A stretch of DNA of 64,000 nt, from contig NC_085844.1 of NCBI RefSeq assembly GCF_035594765.1, forward strand, positions 34,549,923 to 34,613,922, written 5' to 3'. The notes beneath the pieces are model-generated. The model was not told the DNA's origin. It made no database searches and was given only the letters and a program-made list of their open reading frames with translations. The position numbers and the translations under genes are program-made. Position 1 is the stretch's first letter. Each line of letters begins with the position of its first letter. Of this stretch, positions 25,829-39,270 are shown one piece after another. The DNA comes from Anolis carolinensis (Eukaryota).

Positions 25829-26641
25829 CAGCGTTTCTCAACCTGGGGGTCGGGACCTTGGGGGGTCACGAGGGGGTGTCAGATGGGTCGCCAAAGACCA
25901 TCAGAAAACACATATTTCTGATGATCTTAGGAATCCTTCGGCAGAGAAGGCTGAATATCTCTTTGTCCTTCTCTTCCGTTTTGGAAACAGACAGAAAATC
26001 CTCCCAACAAAAGCCCAATATGCCCAATTCTATCGTTGGTGGGGTTCAAGGGGCTCTTCGATTGTAGGTGAACTATAAATCCTAGCAACTACAACTCCCA
26101 AATGTCAAGCTCTATTTTCCCCAAACTCCACCAGTGTTCACATTTTGGCATATTGAGTATTCGTGCCAAGTTTGGTCCTGATCAATCATTGTTTGAGTCC
26201 ACAGTGCTCTCTGGATGTAGTTGAACTACAACTCCAAAACTCAAAGTCAATGTCCCACCAAACCCTTCCAATATTTTCTGTTGGTCATGGGAGTTCTGTG
26301 TGCCAAGTTTGGTTCAATTCCATCATTGGTGGAGTTCAGAATGCTCTTTGATTGTAGGTGAACTATAAATCCAAGCAACTACAACTCCTAAATGACAAAT
26401 CAATCACCATCCCACAACCCCACCAATATTCAAATTTGAGTATATTGGATATTTGTGCCAAATTTGGTCCAGTGAATGAAAATACATCCTGCATATCTGA
26501 TGTTTGTTTACTTTACGATTCATAGAAGTAGCAAAATTACAGTTATGGAATAGCAACGAAAATAATTTTATGGTTGAGAGTCAACACAACATGAGGAACT
26601 GTATAAAGGGGTCACGGCATTAAGAAGGTTGAGAACCACTG
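25829..26641 (+). mobile_element. SPIN/URR1-type non-autonomous hAT transposon
   Basis: TIRs CAGCGTTTCTCAACCT and AGGTTGAGAACCACTG. SPIN-like subterminal sequence, recognised from memory. Degenerate 8-bp TSD atttagtg/attcagta. Confidence 0.85.
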
Positions 26642-28521
26642 ATTCAGTATATTCAGGCCTTCTGACCTTAGAAGGCTAAAAAACCCAAAGGTGGTGGGAG
26701 AAACACATTCCTTTAACCTTCTGTATTAAAGCAAATGCATTTTTATAGGCAAGTGATACACAAGTGTTTCAGATCATAATGAAATGATTTTTATTTGAAT
26801 TTTAATGCATCAGAGCATTCATTTCTACTCCCAGATCAAAGCAATTGTATCTTTATTAGCATAGCCATGTGCTTAGACTCGCACAATATACCACAAGAAG
26901 ATACTGACACATGGCACTCCCCTGGCCTTGTTTGACCACTTCACTTCCCACAAACCAGCAGCTGCTTGTCAAAAGCTTCCTTGTAGAGAATGGTGCTGCT
27001 CCTGGCATTGTCCCTGGCTTGAGGACAGCTGTCTTTTCCATTTGTCTTGTAGTAGCAAGGGACAGATGGACAATGCGGGGGTAGCTTGAAACATGGCACC
27101 ACCAAACATCTGAAATGCCTTTATGTTAAAGCAAGGAGTGTGGGAGGACAAGCATGTTAAGCCTTGTTACATGGAGGGAGATGCGATTAACAGCTCTGTC
27201 CTATATTTACTCAGCGGTACATCTGCCTTTGTTCAGTGCAGTTCTTCTCAGGTGAGTGGGTATTGTCTTAACTGGCAGAAGGGATTCAAAAGAACAGATC
27301 AAGTGGGACAAGGAACAGCAAATACAGTCACAAATGTAGTCACAGCAGGGAATTACTGACATCAATCACTTACCATAAATAGTTATGTAATATTGTGTGC
27401 ATGGGTGCACACATGTAGTATTTCTAGATGTAAATTAATATCTATTAAAATACACATTGGTGGAAATCCTACACAAGCATTGTGTAGTGTAAATATGATA
27501 TACCATGGAACCCATATTTGTGATTCCATTTACCTATGCTGGTCCTCTGTGTGATTTTATCTTATATTTCCCAGAAGTTACCATAGGATTGCATTAGAGA
27601 ACCTAGTAAATTCCTATAAAAGATACCTCCCTGGGAATCACTAGGTCCTCCAATACAACTCTATAGTAAACTGGGACCACAAGTGAAGTAAATCAATGGC
27701 ATTAGGTCCATGTACCTCCGATCCAACCAGGAACATATCCCCTGTGGGTTTTTTTGTTGTTGTTGTTTTTTTTGGGGGGGGGGGGAGGGGAGGTTCTGGC
27801 TGTATTGTGATACATGATATATCATGATATAATGATGAAAGCCTAAGCTCAAGGCAATACTAATAAAATTCCACTACTTTCCACATGTAATATACAATGA
27901 TTATGTAAATAGCAATATTGCATGGCCATATGCACAAGTACACATAGTACATTGTGACTAGATGTGCAACTTGGTGTATATCCAGCACACAATGGAATGA
28001 CAACCAAAGGAGTACTTTCAGCAACTGCAGCAGGGGCAGATGGATACACATCATCAAATAATGCCAATAAACAGTGGCACCACATGTGAAACTCCACTTC
28101 TACCACCATAAATTGAAAGTGGACATTACATGTCCGAGAAAAAATGTCCAGCTGCTTTCATAGAGGAGCATAACGTGTGCAGAATTAACCAACAGGATAC
28201 TGTCTGCAGTATGAAAACATCCCAAAGACTGGGGCCCCCTGGTATATCAAGAATGTTCATTCAACACTTCAGGGACCCACAAAGTATATTATAATTTTGC
28301 CAGTCTCGATGATGATCCCTGCTAGTTCCAACAGTAGTTCTGAAACTGTCAGGACTGTGAATGGCAGTAAAATTCAAAAGAGCAGCTGTTGCATAAAATC
28401 CTTGTCTTGTGTGTTTCTGCCAGGACGTCTCAAGGCTGTAGAACACATTACACAATAGCAATAAACCAGGGTTGCCATCAAATAATCTGATGTATTATGC
28501 CAAATTTCATAGAGACAGCCT

Positions 28522-28760
28522 TAGTTTATTTTATTTATTTATTTACAGCATCTATATTCCGCCCTTCTCACCCCGAAGGGGACTCAGGGCGGATCACATT
28601 ACACATATAGGCAAACATTCAATGCCTTTTAACATAGAACAAAGACAAGACAAACATAGGCTCCGAGCAGGCCTTGAACTCATGACCTCCTGGTCAGAGT
28701 GATTCATTGCAGATGGTTACAGCTGGCTTCCTCTCCAGCCTGCGCCACAGCCCGAGCCCG
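28522..28760 (-). mobile_element. tRNA-derived SINE with L2-type tail ending in (TAAA)n
   Basis: Reverse-complement A/B boxes. Tail shared with fragments at ~51745-51810 and ~58965-59050. Confidence 0.7.
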
Positions 28761-31700
28761 TAAAGTAAAGCTGTGGCTGCCATTTTACTCAGTACCATGG
28801 GTCTCTCTCCCCAAGCACCAACCAGCAACAGTTTGTGGGTCTCTCTCACCTCCCACAAACACCAGGAAAGCTGCTGCTTCCCAGCACTGACCAGCAACAA
28901 TCTGTGGGTCTCTCTCACCCCACACAAACACCAGAGGATAGGATAAAGGCTTCAGCAAGCAATCTGCTACTGAGCCCAGAGAGATCATCCCATAAATGCA
29001 GATTGTTGTACCATACTTAATAAAAATATGATATACTCTGAAAATAAACCATAGTGTGTCTTCTTGAGGAAAAATAAATATAAGACAGCATCTTATTTTT
29101 GGAGAACCACGGTATATGTATCTCTACAATCATGACAAAGTTGTACTGCTCTAACTGATTTCTATTTTGCCACTGTTCTTATTGCAGATCCTGAACTTGG
29201 AAAAATGAACTCTTTTGAATGATCACTCCCAGAGTCTCCTGTTTGGCATGACATTATAATCAAAGAAAGTAATTTTTCCAAGTTCTGCTTACAAGTGAAC
29301 CTGTTCAAGGATGCTTCAGTGAGTGAATCATAAAGCTTGGTTAGGAAAGGTAGGTTATGGGATTGGATGTCATAAGTGATAAAAAGCAATTTGTACCACT
29401 TCCATAGTTAAGATTGATTGTACTTATCAGCCGCCAATAAAAACAATAACATAAACATTATGTTCTTTTGACATCCCTAATCCTTTCAAACAAAATTATG
29501 TCATCAGCTGATATTAAAATAAACCTTAATCTTCTTTATCAGTTTAGCATTCAAATTGTAGTCAAAGATACATACCTGAGTATATTGCTAATTAAAATAA
29601 AAGACAGCACATGTTAGTTCTCTAACAGTATACCTGTGTGATGTATACTGTTTTTGATATTTTATGAAAATTGGAGATATACTATACAAACCATCAGCCA
29701 TGAGCAATAATGATTTGAATGCAAGACAGTTGTTACTGTGATGTTAAACTACGTGCCTACAGTTCAAAATGTTGTGAATTCAATAAAATTAGATTACACA
29801 GAGACACACAATCATTTCAGCCGTTGCATGTATTTTCTTGGAAACATTTATCCACACGATGTGCATAGATAAGTCTAAAATCTGTTTCAGGAATGAAAAT
29901 CTGAGCTGAACAATCTGTTTTTACAAACTCTGGCACAGTCTGTCTCAAAATAATCCAGGACTGAAAGTCTGACCTAAGCCTCTTGCTTTTTTAAACTTCA
30001 GGCGTGTCTGCCTGAAGTTCCAGAAGATTGGCAACTCATTCCTGTTGTCACACAGCCTTCTACCATGACTGACCTTGAACTGTTAAAGCTAAGGTATATT
30101 TTCAGAGAATGGAGATCAGATAAGGTCACAAGAGAAATAAATGGTTGTTTTAGAGGGTCTTAGGTGGCTCCTCAAAATGCTGTTTTGCAGAGAAAAGGCA
30201 AATTTTGTTCAAAGAGCAGAAATAACTGGTTGCATTATTAGTTCATTCTCCCCATTCCTTTACTAGCAGTGAAGATTGATTTCGATCCAGGAATTTATCT
30301 TGCTGTATGCAATTCATAGACTCAGGACTTCATCCCACGGGATAAGTTAAAGGTTTGAGATCATTGGTTTTCCCTTAAGCTTCACCACACCCTGTTTTGA
30401 AATTAAATGGAAGATTTTTCTATCTCCATCATATCTAATCCTTTTCTCCGCTTACTTTAAGATTTATGTATTTGATTTGCCGCCACACAGGAGACAGATG
30501 AGGATGAAAAAATAATCCCCTGAAGTATAAGGCATATTTTATTTACTATATAAGTACAGATATCTCTCAGTTAAAAAGCAAAATCTATTTTACCTTTGAA
30601 AAGAGATTTATTACCATTCCTTCCTCCTCGGTCCCAAAACAGTAATAGCGTAAGAAAGGAAATAATGCTGCCCATCTCAACTCCTCCCTCCATGATGACA
30701 TCATCGTTTTATTTACAAATGGGCAAGGTGGGATTCCTATTCCATGTTAAATTGAGAATTTTTACACATCTCTACACAGGAATTGAAAAAGAAGTCCATT
30801 GCCAATTGACTTGGGAATTGTGGGGAAAACCCCACACTTTAGAAATGGTGAAATACCTAGAACCCATAGTTGAACCTTGCATCATATAATAGGCTCCATG
30901 GGTTGCTGATTCTTAAATGTGTAGAAGTACTGATTTTATTGTGTGTGATGAAGGCTTCAGATGTGAAGAACTATCCACACATCAATAGCTGCGACCAAAT
31001 GGTTACACAAGGTCCAGATATATGTGAACTGTAAGTCTTGATCTTCTTTGCTGGAGAATCAGGGAATTTATATATAGAGTCCAATTGCCATATCCATAGG
31101 GGATACATTTCAAGACCCAGGCAGATAATAGCAAAACCTAATTTTGACTATACTTGTGTTGGAAGCATACCATAGTATTGCACTGACAGACCTAGGACTT
31201 CATCACATTAAAGTCACAAGTGCTCATTACCCCGCGCCCTGCATCACCCGCATTGCCTTTCACTTCATTTCATGGAGAGAAGCTTCACCATCTAGCTTCT
31301 CCCCGTTTTTCTCTATGCAAGACAGGAAGCCTAGGGCAGTTTGACCTCACTTCAGGCAAGGAGCCCTGGCTGAAGTAGATCTGTCATATGATGGGAATCT
31401 AGTGGGCTTCATGCCTGAATTGAGGTTGAACTGTCCTAGGACGGACAATTTTGCCTGTGTGATGACGTCGCTAGACAGGGCCATAAACACTTCCGAGGGG
31501 GGGAGGGGGTATTTTTTGGAGTATGGATAAGTGAGGCTGTGGATAAAGAAGTTGTACTGTAGTAATGCACTAAAATTGTACATTGTGGGACTACTTTATG
31601 ATTTTAAATGTTTATCGGGGGAGGGGCAATGTTATGTGTTCATAAACCCACATTCTTTTAAACTTTTTACATGAAAAATGAAAACTGAAGCAATCTCATT

Positions 31701-32261
31701 GACTTCTATAAAGCTTAAAGTAATATTTTCGAGTGAAAGGCCACTGTGCAGCTGGTGGGAATCAGATTTTGCTTTTGCATGCTGCCTGTTATATTAGAAG
31801 TACACCAGATGCAGTGTCATATCACTTCTGGTCACCATTTTAAAATAGTTTTGTTTCCTCTTTTGAGAGATGGGAAGTTGTGCAGTGGCAAAGCGAAATT
31901 GCTGCATTTTCTTGCAAATTGGAAAAAAAATTGAGGGACTTCAAGGGGCATCGGGATGCTACCATGGAGATTAATGGGTCTCAAAAACGAATTTCAGAGC
32001 TGCACTCAGCACTCAGCATGCATTTTCCCCATTCGTTGTTGTTGTTGTTGTTGTGTGTCTTTTAAAGACATTTTCTGCAGTAACAATGGATTTCAAAGAG
32101 GCAGTTATTTTTTCAATCCATAGACATTCCCCCTCTTGTGGTATGTGAAACATCTATTTCCTCGATAGTATTCAAGGCAGCTAAAGATAAAATACAAATT
32201 ATAGTTAAATCAAAAAGATAAAAAATTACAACCACCAGCTGAACTACCAGATGAAATAATG

Positions 32262-32466
32262 TATTCAAATTGCAAGAAAAGATATTCCATCTGAATATTA
32301 GGAGGAACTTTCTGGCATTAAGAGATGTTCAACACCTTCTGAAGATTTTTAAACAGAGACTGGGTGGCCATCTGATGGAATTGCTTTGCTTGTTATTCCT
32401 GCATGTCATCCATTTGGACTCGATGGCTCTTGTGGTCTCTTCCAAGTCTATGGTTCTATGATTCTA
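32262..32466 (+). mobile_element. Degraded CR1 3' end
   Basis: FHLNIRRNFL motif and tctatg-repeat tail. Confidence 0.75.
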
Positions 32467-34991
32467 CCAATTTCAGCCATGAAGCCAGGTTGAAATGGCT
32501 TAGCAAATGTTATCATATACTCTTATTCATTTTAATTACCACAGTGTAAAGATACATTCAGTTTCCCTGATGTTTATAAGACAAGGTGTCTGCTTGAAGA
32601 AACTTACATCAACTTTGTACAAATGCCTATTCATGAACAGCGCCAGGAGGCGAGGAGAAGAATGGTGTTGGCAAAGACATCAAAGCTGGGTTCATATAAT
32701 GGGCATGGTGCTTAATACCACGTATTGTCATTAGATATGCTTCTCACATTACTAATTATTGTTCCAAAATGAGAGGTGTGCGGAACAAAGACATGGCTTA
32801 AAAGGTAACATGAGGTTGGCCAGTTACAAATATATTCTCAATGTATAATGCTTTTATAAATGTCTTCTTTTCACATACACAATAGTAATATTAATCAATT
32901 AATAACATATTACAATTAGGCAGAATTTTTCTTCTTTGTTAGTCACTATTTTTCTGCTTGAACACTTTCCTCAGATAAATAACGTGAATCAAATGAATAT
33001 CAGTAATATATTTTTGTGTCTATTAAAAATACATGCAAATTAAATTAATACTTGTTTTAGCTATTAGCACTCATATTAACCCTTCAGTAAATGTTTCTTC
33101 TGTATTGTATTAGGAAGTGTATCTATGCATGTACCTTCAAGTCACCATTGCCTTAAGGAAACCCCCTGAATTTCATAGTGTTTTCTCAGGCAAGGAATAC
33201 TCGTTTTGCCAGTTCCTGCCTCTATAGCACCTGGTGTTCATTGACAGTCTCCTATCCAAGTAGTAACCAGTACTGATCCTGCTTACATTGTGAGGAAACT
33301 AGAAATAGTTAAATTGCATTGTGTCAGGTACAAGTATATTGCTGCATAGAATATCCACAAAGAAAGTTATGATCAAAACAAGACTGGCACACTTTACAAT
33401 TCAGAGGACAGCAGCACCTGATTTTTAGCTTTTCTATAGCTCTGGAGAGTTGAAGGACATCATGGCTGTCATTTTAGGTGGGAATGGACATCATTCATTG
33501 TAGCTTTTCAGGAGATGGGACGTATTTAAAGTGTAAAGATTTCAGGGTGATCCCCCCTTCCCCATAACATGCAATAGTTGCACAGACATGATAGTATAGT
33601 CCTAATCATAACTGATTTATCTGTATACAGCATTTTACAGAAACACATTATGCTCATGTAGATTCATACAACAGACAATATAATACAGTAACCAAAATCA
33701 TGGCTTGTGACAACCCAGTAATTGCATTTCACTTAAAATAGAGCTACACAGGCAGCAGCCTAGGGTTAAAATGCTGGTCCAGGTGTTAATCCAGGGCATT
33801 AAATGTCTCAGATAGACCATTTATCAAGGGCTTCCCCAGCACCAATCCCTCCCAATGACTGATTTCCTGATGACTTCATACATATTGCTTTTTCCTGTAT
33901 CAGGTTGTTAGGAAAGATGGTCGAGAGAAGGCTTTTCATTATCTCTCGGTGAGCAAAGAGGATGATTGGGGTATGTGCGTAGGCATTCATGCATATGGCT
34001 GATTTCTGAAAAATCCCATCATGTGCAGACCAAAATGTTTCAGTTCCTTGATTTAAAACTAGTAAACTTTTAACACTATATATTTATAGTACCAAGTGGC
34101 ACTTTAATTACCTTGATAACATCCTATAGGATTTGTAGTGTACTGAAAGCTATTTGGAATTTGTAGCCAGAGAGTTCTAGTGTCACACCAAACTGCAAAA
34201 CCCAGGATCCCATAGCAGTTGAACAGCCAAGTTCAATTCCAACCAACTGGCCGGAACCCTGTCTCATTTAATTCCATGTAGAAATGACTGAGGTTGGTCT
34301 AAGCATCACATTTGGGCCTAATTCCAATTTGTATTCATACCAACAGAAGAGCCATTGAATCAGTGGGATGTACATTACTAATTCCACAGTTCTATTCCTA
34401 TTAGAACAAGTGAATGAATAGATCTAGTCTTCCTCCAACCCCACCCCCTTCCAGCACAGAAACCAATGAATATATGTGGTTTCATCTTTCAGAACTCAGT
34501 GTCTATATTGCCCTCACTTGTCTACAAGACAGGATCAAGTCTTGCGTCCACATACACAACCTGTGCTCTCTTCCTGTGAAGATGCACCTGGTATAACTCC
34601 TAAAGCTTTGCTGCCAAAGGCAGACATGACAATGATGGAGCCAACATCTTGGCTCATGATGCAGCGCTCTGGTGAGAGGTGCATTTTTTTTTCTGAAATG
34701 CCTTTTAAGCTTTTAATTTATTATTGAACCTTTTTAATGTGTTTGAGCTATCTTACTATTCAGACACTTATCATGGACCATTTTGATAATGCCAACATTA
34801 TCAATATTATTAATTATGGTGATTTTTATGTTTTAGACTCATGCCTGTCTTCATACCAGGTGCATTTTCAAAGTAAATGAAACCACATATATTAATTGGT
34901 TTCTGCACTGGAAGGTGGCGGGGTTGGTGGAAGACTAGATCTATTCATTCACTTGTCAAAGTAAATAAATATGCTGTATATTTTCCAATTA

Positions 34992-35314
34992 CAGTAGAGT
35001 CTCACTAATCCAAGCCTCGCTTATCCAAGCCTCTGGATAATCCAAGCCATTTTTGTAGTCAATGTTTTCAATATATCGTGATATTTTGGTGCTAAATTCG
35101 TAAATACAGTAATTACAACATAACATTACTGCGTATTGAACTACTTTTTCTGTCAAATGTGTTGTATAACATGAAGTTTTGGTGCTTAATTTGTAAAATC
35201 ATAACCTAATTTGATGTTTAATAGGCTTTTCCTTAATCCCTCCTTATTATCCAAGATATTCGCTTATCCAAGCTTCTGCTGGCCCGTTTAGCTTGGGTAA
35301 GTGAGACTCTACTG
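34992..35314. mobile_element. Tc1/mariner-type MITE, copy 3
   Basis: Same TIRs and internal sequence, TA TSD. Confidence 0.9.
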
Positions 35315-35762
35315 TACTTATATCAGTACTTTGAGCACTAGCTGTGCTGGTATCCTCTTTGGCTATTGTGACTTAAAGACCTCTGCTTTTGCCTTCACCC
35401 CCACCTGTGTTTCTCACTGCTTAGCACACTGAGCTTCTGAACTCCACAATTTAGGGGAGCTGAAGTCACTTAACAGTGATATTAAAATTTTACTGTGCTG
35501 CTCTGTGTCAGCCCAGACTGAGAGGAGGAAAAGTGGCACCATGCCAGCTGCAATTTCAGCATATGGACCTCCTGGCATTTTGGTATGTAAAGCCTGATTG
35601 CTACATCCATACCAGGTGCTTGGGGGTTGGTCTGGTGGGAGTGCAGCTGGTTTCAAGGAGCATATGGTAGTTGGGGTGACCTGTTATGACCCTAAAATGG
35701 AACTTAAATTTGTAACTCCAAGTATGGGATGCCTCCTATAGAATGGGGCTCCTAGGAGTCCT

Positions 35763-36233
35763 TGTTGTTGTTTATTCATTCAGTCATTTCCAACTCTTCG
35801 TGACCTCATGGACCAGCCCACCCCAGAGCTTCATGTCGGCCGTCGCCGCTCCCAGTTCCTTCAAGGTCAAGCCAGTCACTTTAAGGATACCATCCATCCA
35901 TCTTGCCTTTGGTCAGCCTCTCTTCCTTTTTCCTTCCATTTTCCCCAGCATCACGATCTTTTCCAAGTTCTTCCATGTCTTCTCATGATGTGGCCAAAAT
36001 ACTTCATCTTTGCCTCTAATATCCTTCCCTCCAGTGAGCAGCCAGGCATTATTTCCTGGAGGATGGACTGGCTGGATCTTCTTGCGGTCCAAGGCACTCT
36101 CAGAATTTTCCTCCAACACCAAAGTTCAAAAGCATCTATCTTCCTTCGCTCGGCCTTTCTAATGGTCCAGCTCTCGCATCCATAGGTTACTATGGAGAAT
36201 ACCATTGCTTTAACTATGTGGATCTTCATTGCC
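35763..36233 (-). mobile_element. Bov-B (RTE) LINE 3' fragment
   Basis: YGCESWTIRKAERRKIDAFELWCWR motif, (CAA)n tail, 9-bp TSD aggagtcct at 35754-35762 and 36234-36242. Confidence 0.92.
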
Positions 36234-37541
36234 AGGAGTCCTAATTATATATTATTAAACATGTTGGGGTATGTTTCCACCTGAACAATGCATTTCAGTG
36301 GTCCTCTTGGGCTTTTCACCATGGAGATTGGTAATTGTGTAAAAGCTATTTGTTATGGAACTTTGCACACCTCGTTTGGTTAACTCAGTCTGGAGAATTT
36401 TTCATAAACTTATAAAGACCCCTAGACTTTCCGAAATACAATTTGAAAAGGAATTAGAAGAAATTGGGAAAGTTATTTTTTGTTGAACTGCAACTCTAAG
36501 ATATTCCCATGACTGTGCTAGCTGAGGCACTCTGTGAGTTGTAGTTCAATAAAAATGAGTTCTTTCAAACTCTGGGAACCAAGCTGTCAAGAGTAAATGG
36601 CAAAACTACAGTAGAGCATCTAAATGCAGTCTCCGTTATCCATCCAAAAGGGGATTCTGTACAGCTGTCATTTCAATGAGAGTTGCAAGCAGAAGAGCCA
36701 ACTCTAATCATCACTTCATATCATAAAGAATGCTTTCTGGTGGATTTAAAGCCAGGGAAAGGCTCTTCTGGATGGATCTGATTATGGAAAGAGAGAGAAT
36801 GGTGCCAATTTAACCTCGCTTAAATTTACACCTTGCATATGGAGCCATTGAGACAGGCAAAGCAAACACATTAAACAGAAAAGGCCCTGACATAATGAAA
36901 TAATGTCTTAGGCCAGTCCCCTAGGATGAATTAGGATAACATGTTTCATTTTTATCTAGGAGGAAATAAATACCCATTAAAAAGAATTCAGAAAGATTGT
37001 GACAGCTGGGATAAAATGAATTGCACTATTAGATATAAACTGAAGATGGCTATAGCATAAAAAAAGGTGAGATACATTCACTTCTAGAGCTTTTCTAGAC
37101 ATCAATCTTTTCTGTGATGTGGAAGAATTGATGTTCATATAGGCGGTCTCCTATGTGTCACTTCTTTTACAAAATCTTTCTGCATGAGCCTGGAACATTT
37201 AAAAAAAATCATCCTAAGGAATAGCGCAATTGTAAAATATCACCACTTTGCTTTGGCTGCATTTTTTCCTTCATAAGTAATCTAGGCTTTCAAATTTGCA
37301 TGATAAATAGCGTTAAAACTTTTTGTTCCTTTTTATACCAACTATAAAAAGTTAGAAGAGTGCCTTGGATCTCCTCTAGAGTAAGGGGATTGAGAGGGAA
37401 AGTAAAGGAACCCATAGAAGTGGTGACTGTCTTAAGAATAGTTTCTTGGGTTTCCTTTATGGATGGTTGAGCTAGAGGTGGACAGAGGCAATCCTCTGTG
37501 ATATGGGTAAGTAAATTCTATGTCTTCTTTAAAGACAAAAT

Positions 37542-37900
37542 CTGTCACACTCCGAGGCAGGATCCCTTTGACTGTAAACAGCACACCAATTTGGTTAAAT
37601 CAGCAAGCAGTTTATTGTAGACTATCTAAAGGCAAAGCAATACAAATAGTAAAAAAAGAATCAATCCAAAAATTTAGAGTTTCAGCAGAAAATCCAATCC
37701 ACAGTTCCATAACAATTCCATGGACCAGGGCACAAGAAACCAGGAATCAAAACAGCAAAGTCCCATAGGCAAAGAAGACAATTCTACACACAAAGACAAC
37801 TATTTCCCTCACTTTCCACAGCTCCGTCTGATGAAGACCTTTGTCTTGAAAAACTGCAAGGCTGAAATGTCCCACCATTTCGAATTGTGTTTTTATTTGG
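37542..37900 (-). mobile_element. Probable LTR fragment
   Basis: tgtcacac terminus with a minus-strand AATAAA about 70 bp inside. Other end unclear. Confidence 0.35.
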
Positions 37901-38094
37901 GATGAGAAGACTTGTGTGCCCCAAGTCAGTAGTAGGTGGATGGATATCGATGCCTAGACTTCCAGGATTTGCTCATCCTTGTATAAGACTTGTACTGACT
38001 CAGGGTGCATCTATGCTGGAGAATGCAATTTGGCACCTGTTTAACTGCCATGGCTAAATCCTCAGAGGAAAGTCCAAAGCTGCACAATACATAT

Positions 38095-39270
38095 TATAGG
38101 AACATGGAATGTCAGAAGCATGAATTAGAGAACACTAGGCAATTAAATAGGACATGGGATGTATAAACGTTGCAATACTTGAGGTGAATGAGCTAAAGTG
38201 AACAAGAAAGAACACTTTGAGTAAGATAATTAAGCAGCATTTTACTCAGGAAGTGAAAATCTTAGAAGAAATAAGGTGGCATTTATAGTGAGGAGAGATA
38301 TAGCAAAACAGTACAAGGATAAAATTTAAAGTTGACTGAACTTATCATTGAAAATGATTAAGCTGAGAAGAAGAAAACATGAATACGGAGGAAGGAACAA
38401 TTTAAGACATGCAGATAACAAGACTTGGAATGATTACTGAAGAAATTGCAAAGACAGATATACTGTTGAACATTAAGAAAACAATGACCACAAATGATTT
38501 ACATAACTTTAAACTGCACAATGAAGACTTCGAAATAGTTTGGGTATTTCCATGCCTTGTCTCTGTCATTAATCAGAATGGAGACTGCAGTCAGGATTAG
38601 GATTTAGAAAAGCAATATAAAACTTTATCATTAAATACTAAAGTTAAGACTGTCAATGCCATGTTATTTACCATTTGTGATGAAAACTGTTTATAAGAAA
38701 ATCAACTCATTTTAGTGCTCTTTAAAAAATCTAAAAAGAGAAAGAAATATTTATTTACTTCGTTTTATGTCCCACTATCTCTCCCTTACTGAGGGATTCA
38801 GAGCAGCCAACACTCGGCAGCAATTCGATGCCATTCAAACATAGTATAATACTAATAGAAAATACATAAAAATCAGAAAATTGGAAAACACAAAAGTTAA
38901 AACAACAATTTATGAAAAACATGATAAACAGTATTATGACAATATTAAAACCAATTAAAACCACTCTAAGTCCCTCCGGGGAGTTAAAGCAGAATATAAA
39001 TAAAGTGTATTATAATAGGTCCAAGAGCAATTCAAGTCTGAATTTTTATCAGACCCAAAAAGGTTAAATTAAGACTCTTGTACTTTGGAAATATCACGAG
39101 AAGACATGAAGCACTAAGAAAAGACAAGGATATCTGGTAAGATAGAAAACAGTAGGAAAAGAGGAAGACCATATTCTGGATAGATAGACTAAATCAAGGA
39201 AACCACAGCCCTAAGTTTGCGTAACATGAGCAGATTGTTAGGGTCTCATTCACAGGGTTACCATAAATTA
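38095..39270 (+). mobile_element. Old, degraded RTE/Bov-B-like LINE fragments interrupted by L2-type tail pieces (~38750-39005)
   Basis: GTWNVRSMN-like endonuclease start and YFG..RR..GKIE..RKRGRP..W-like 3' end, with many stops. Confidence 0.6.

Noticed and set aside
37810-37860. CTGATGA..GAAA hammerhead-like core
   Set aside because: Stem II forms, but stems I and III cannot be built convincingly.
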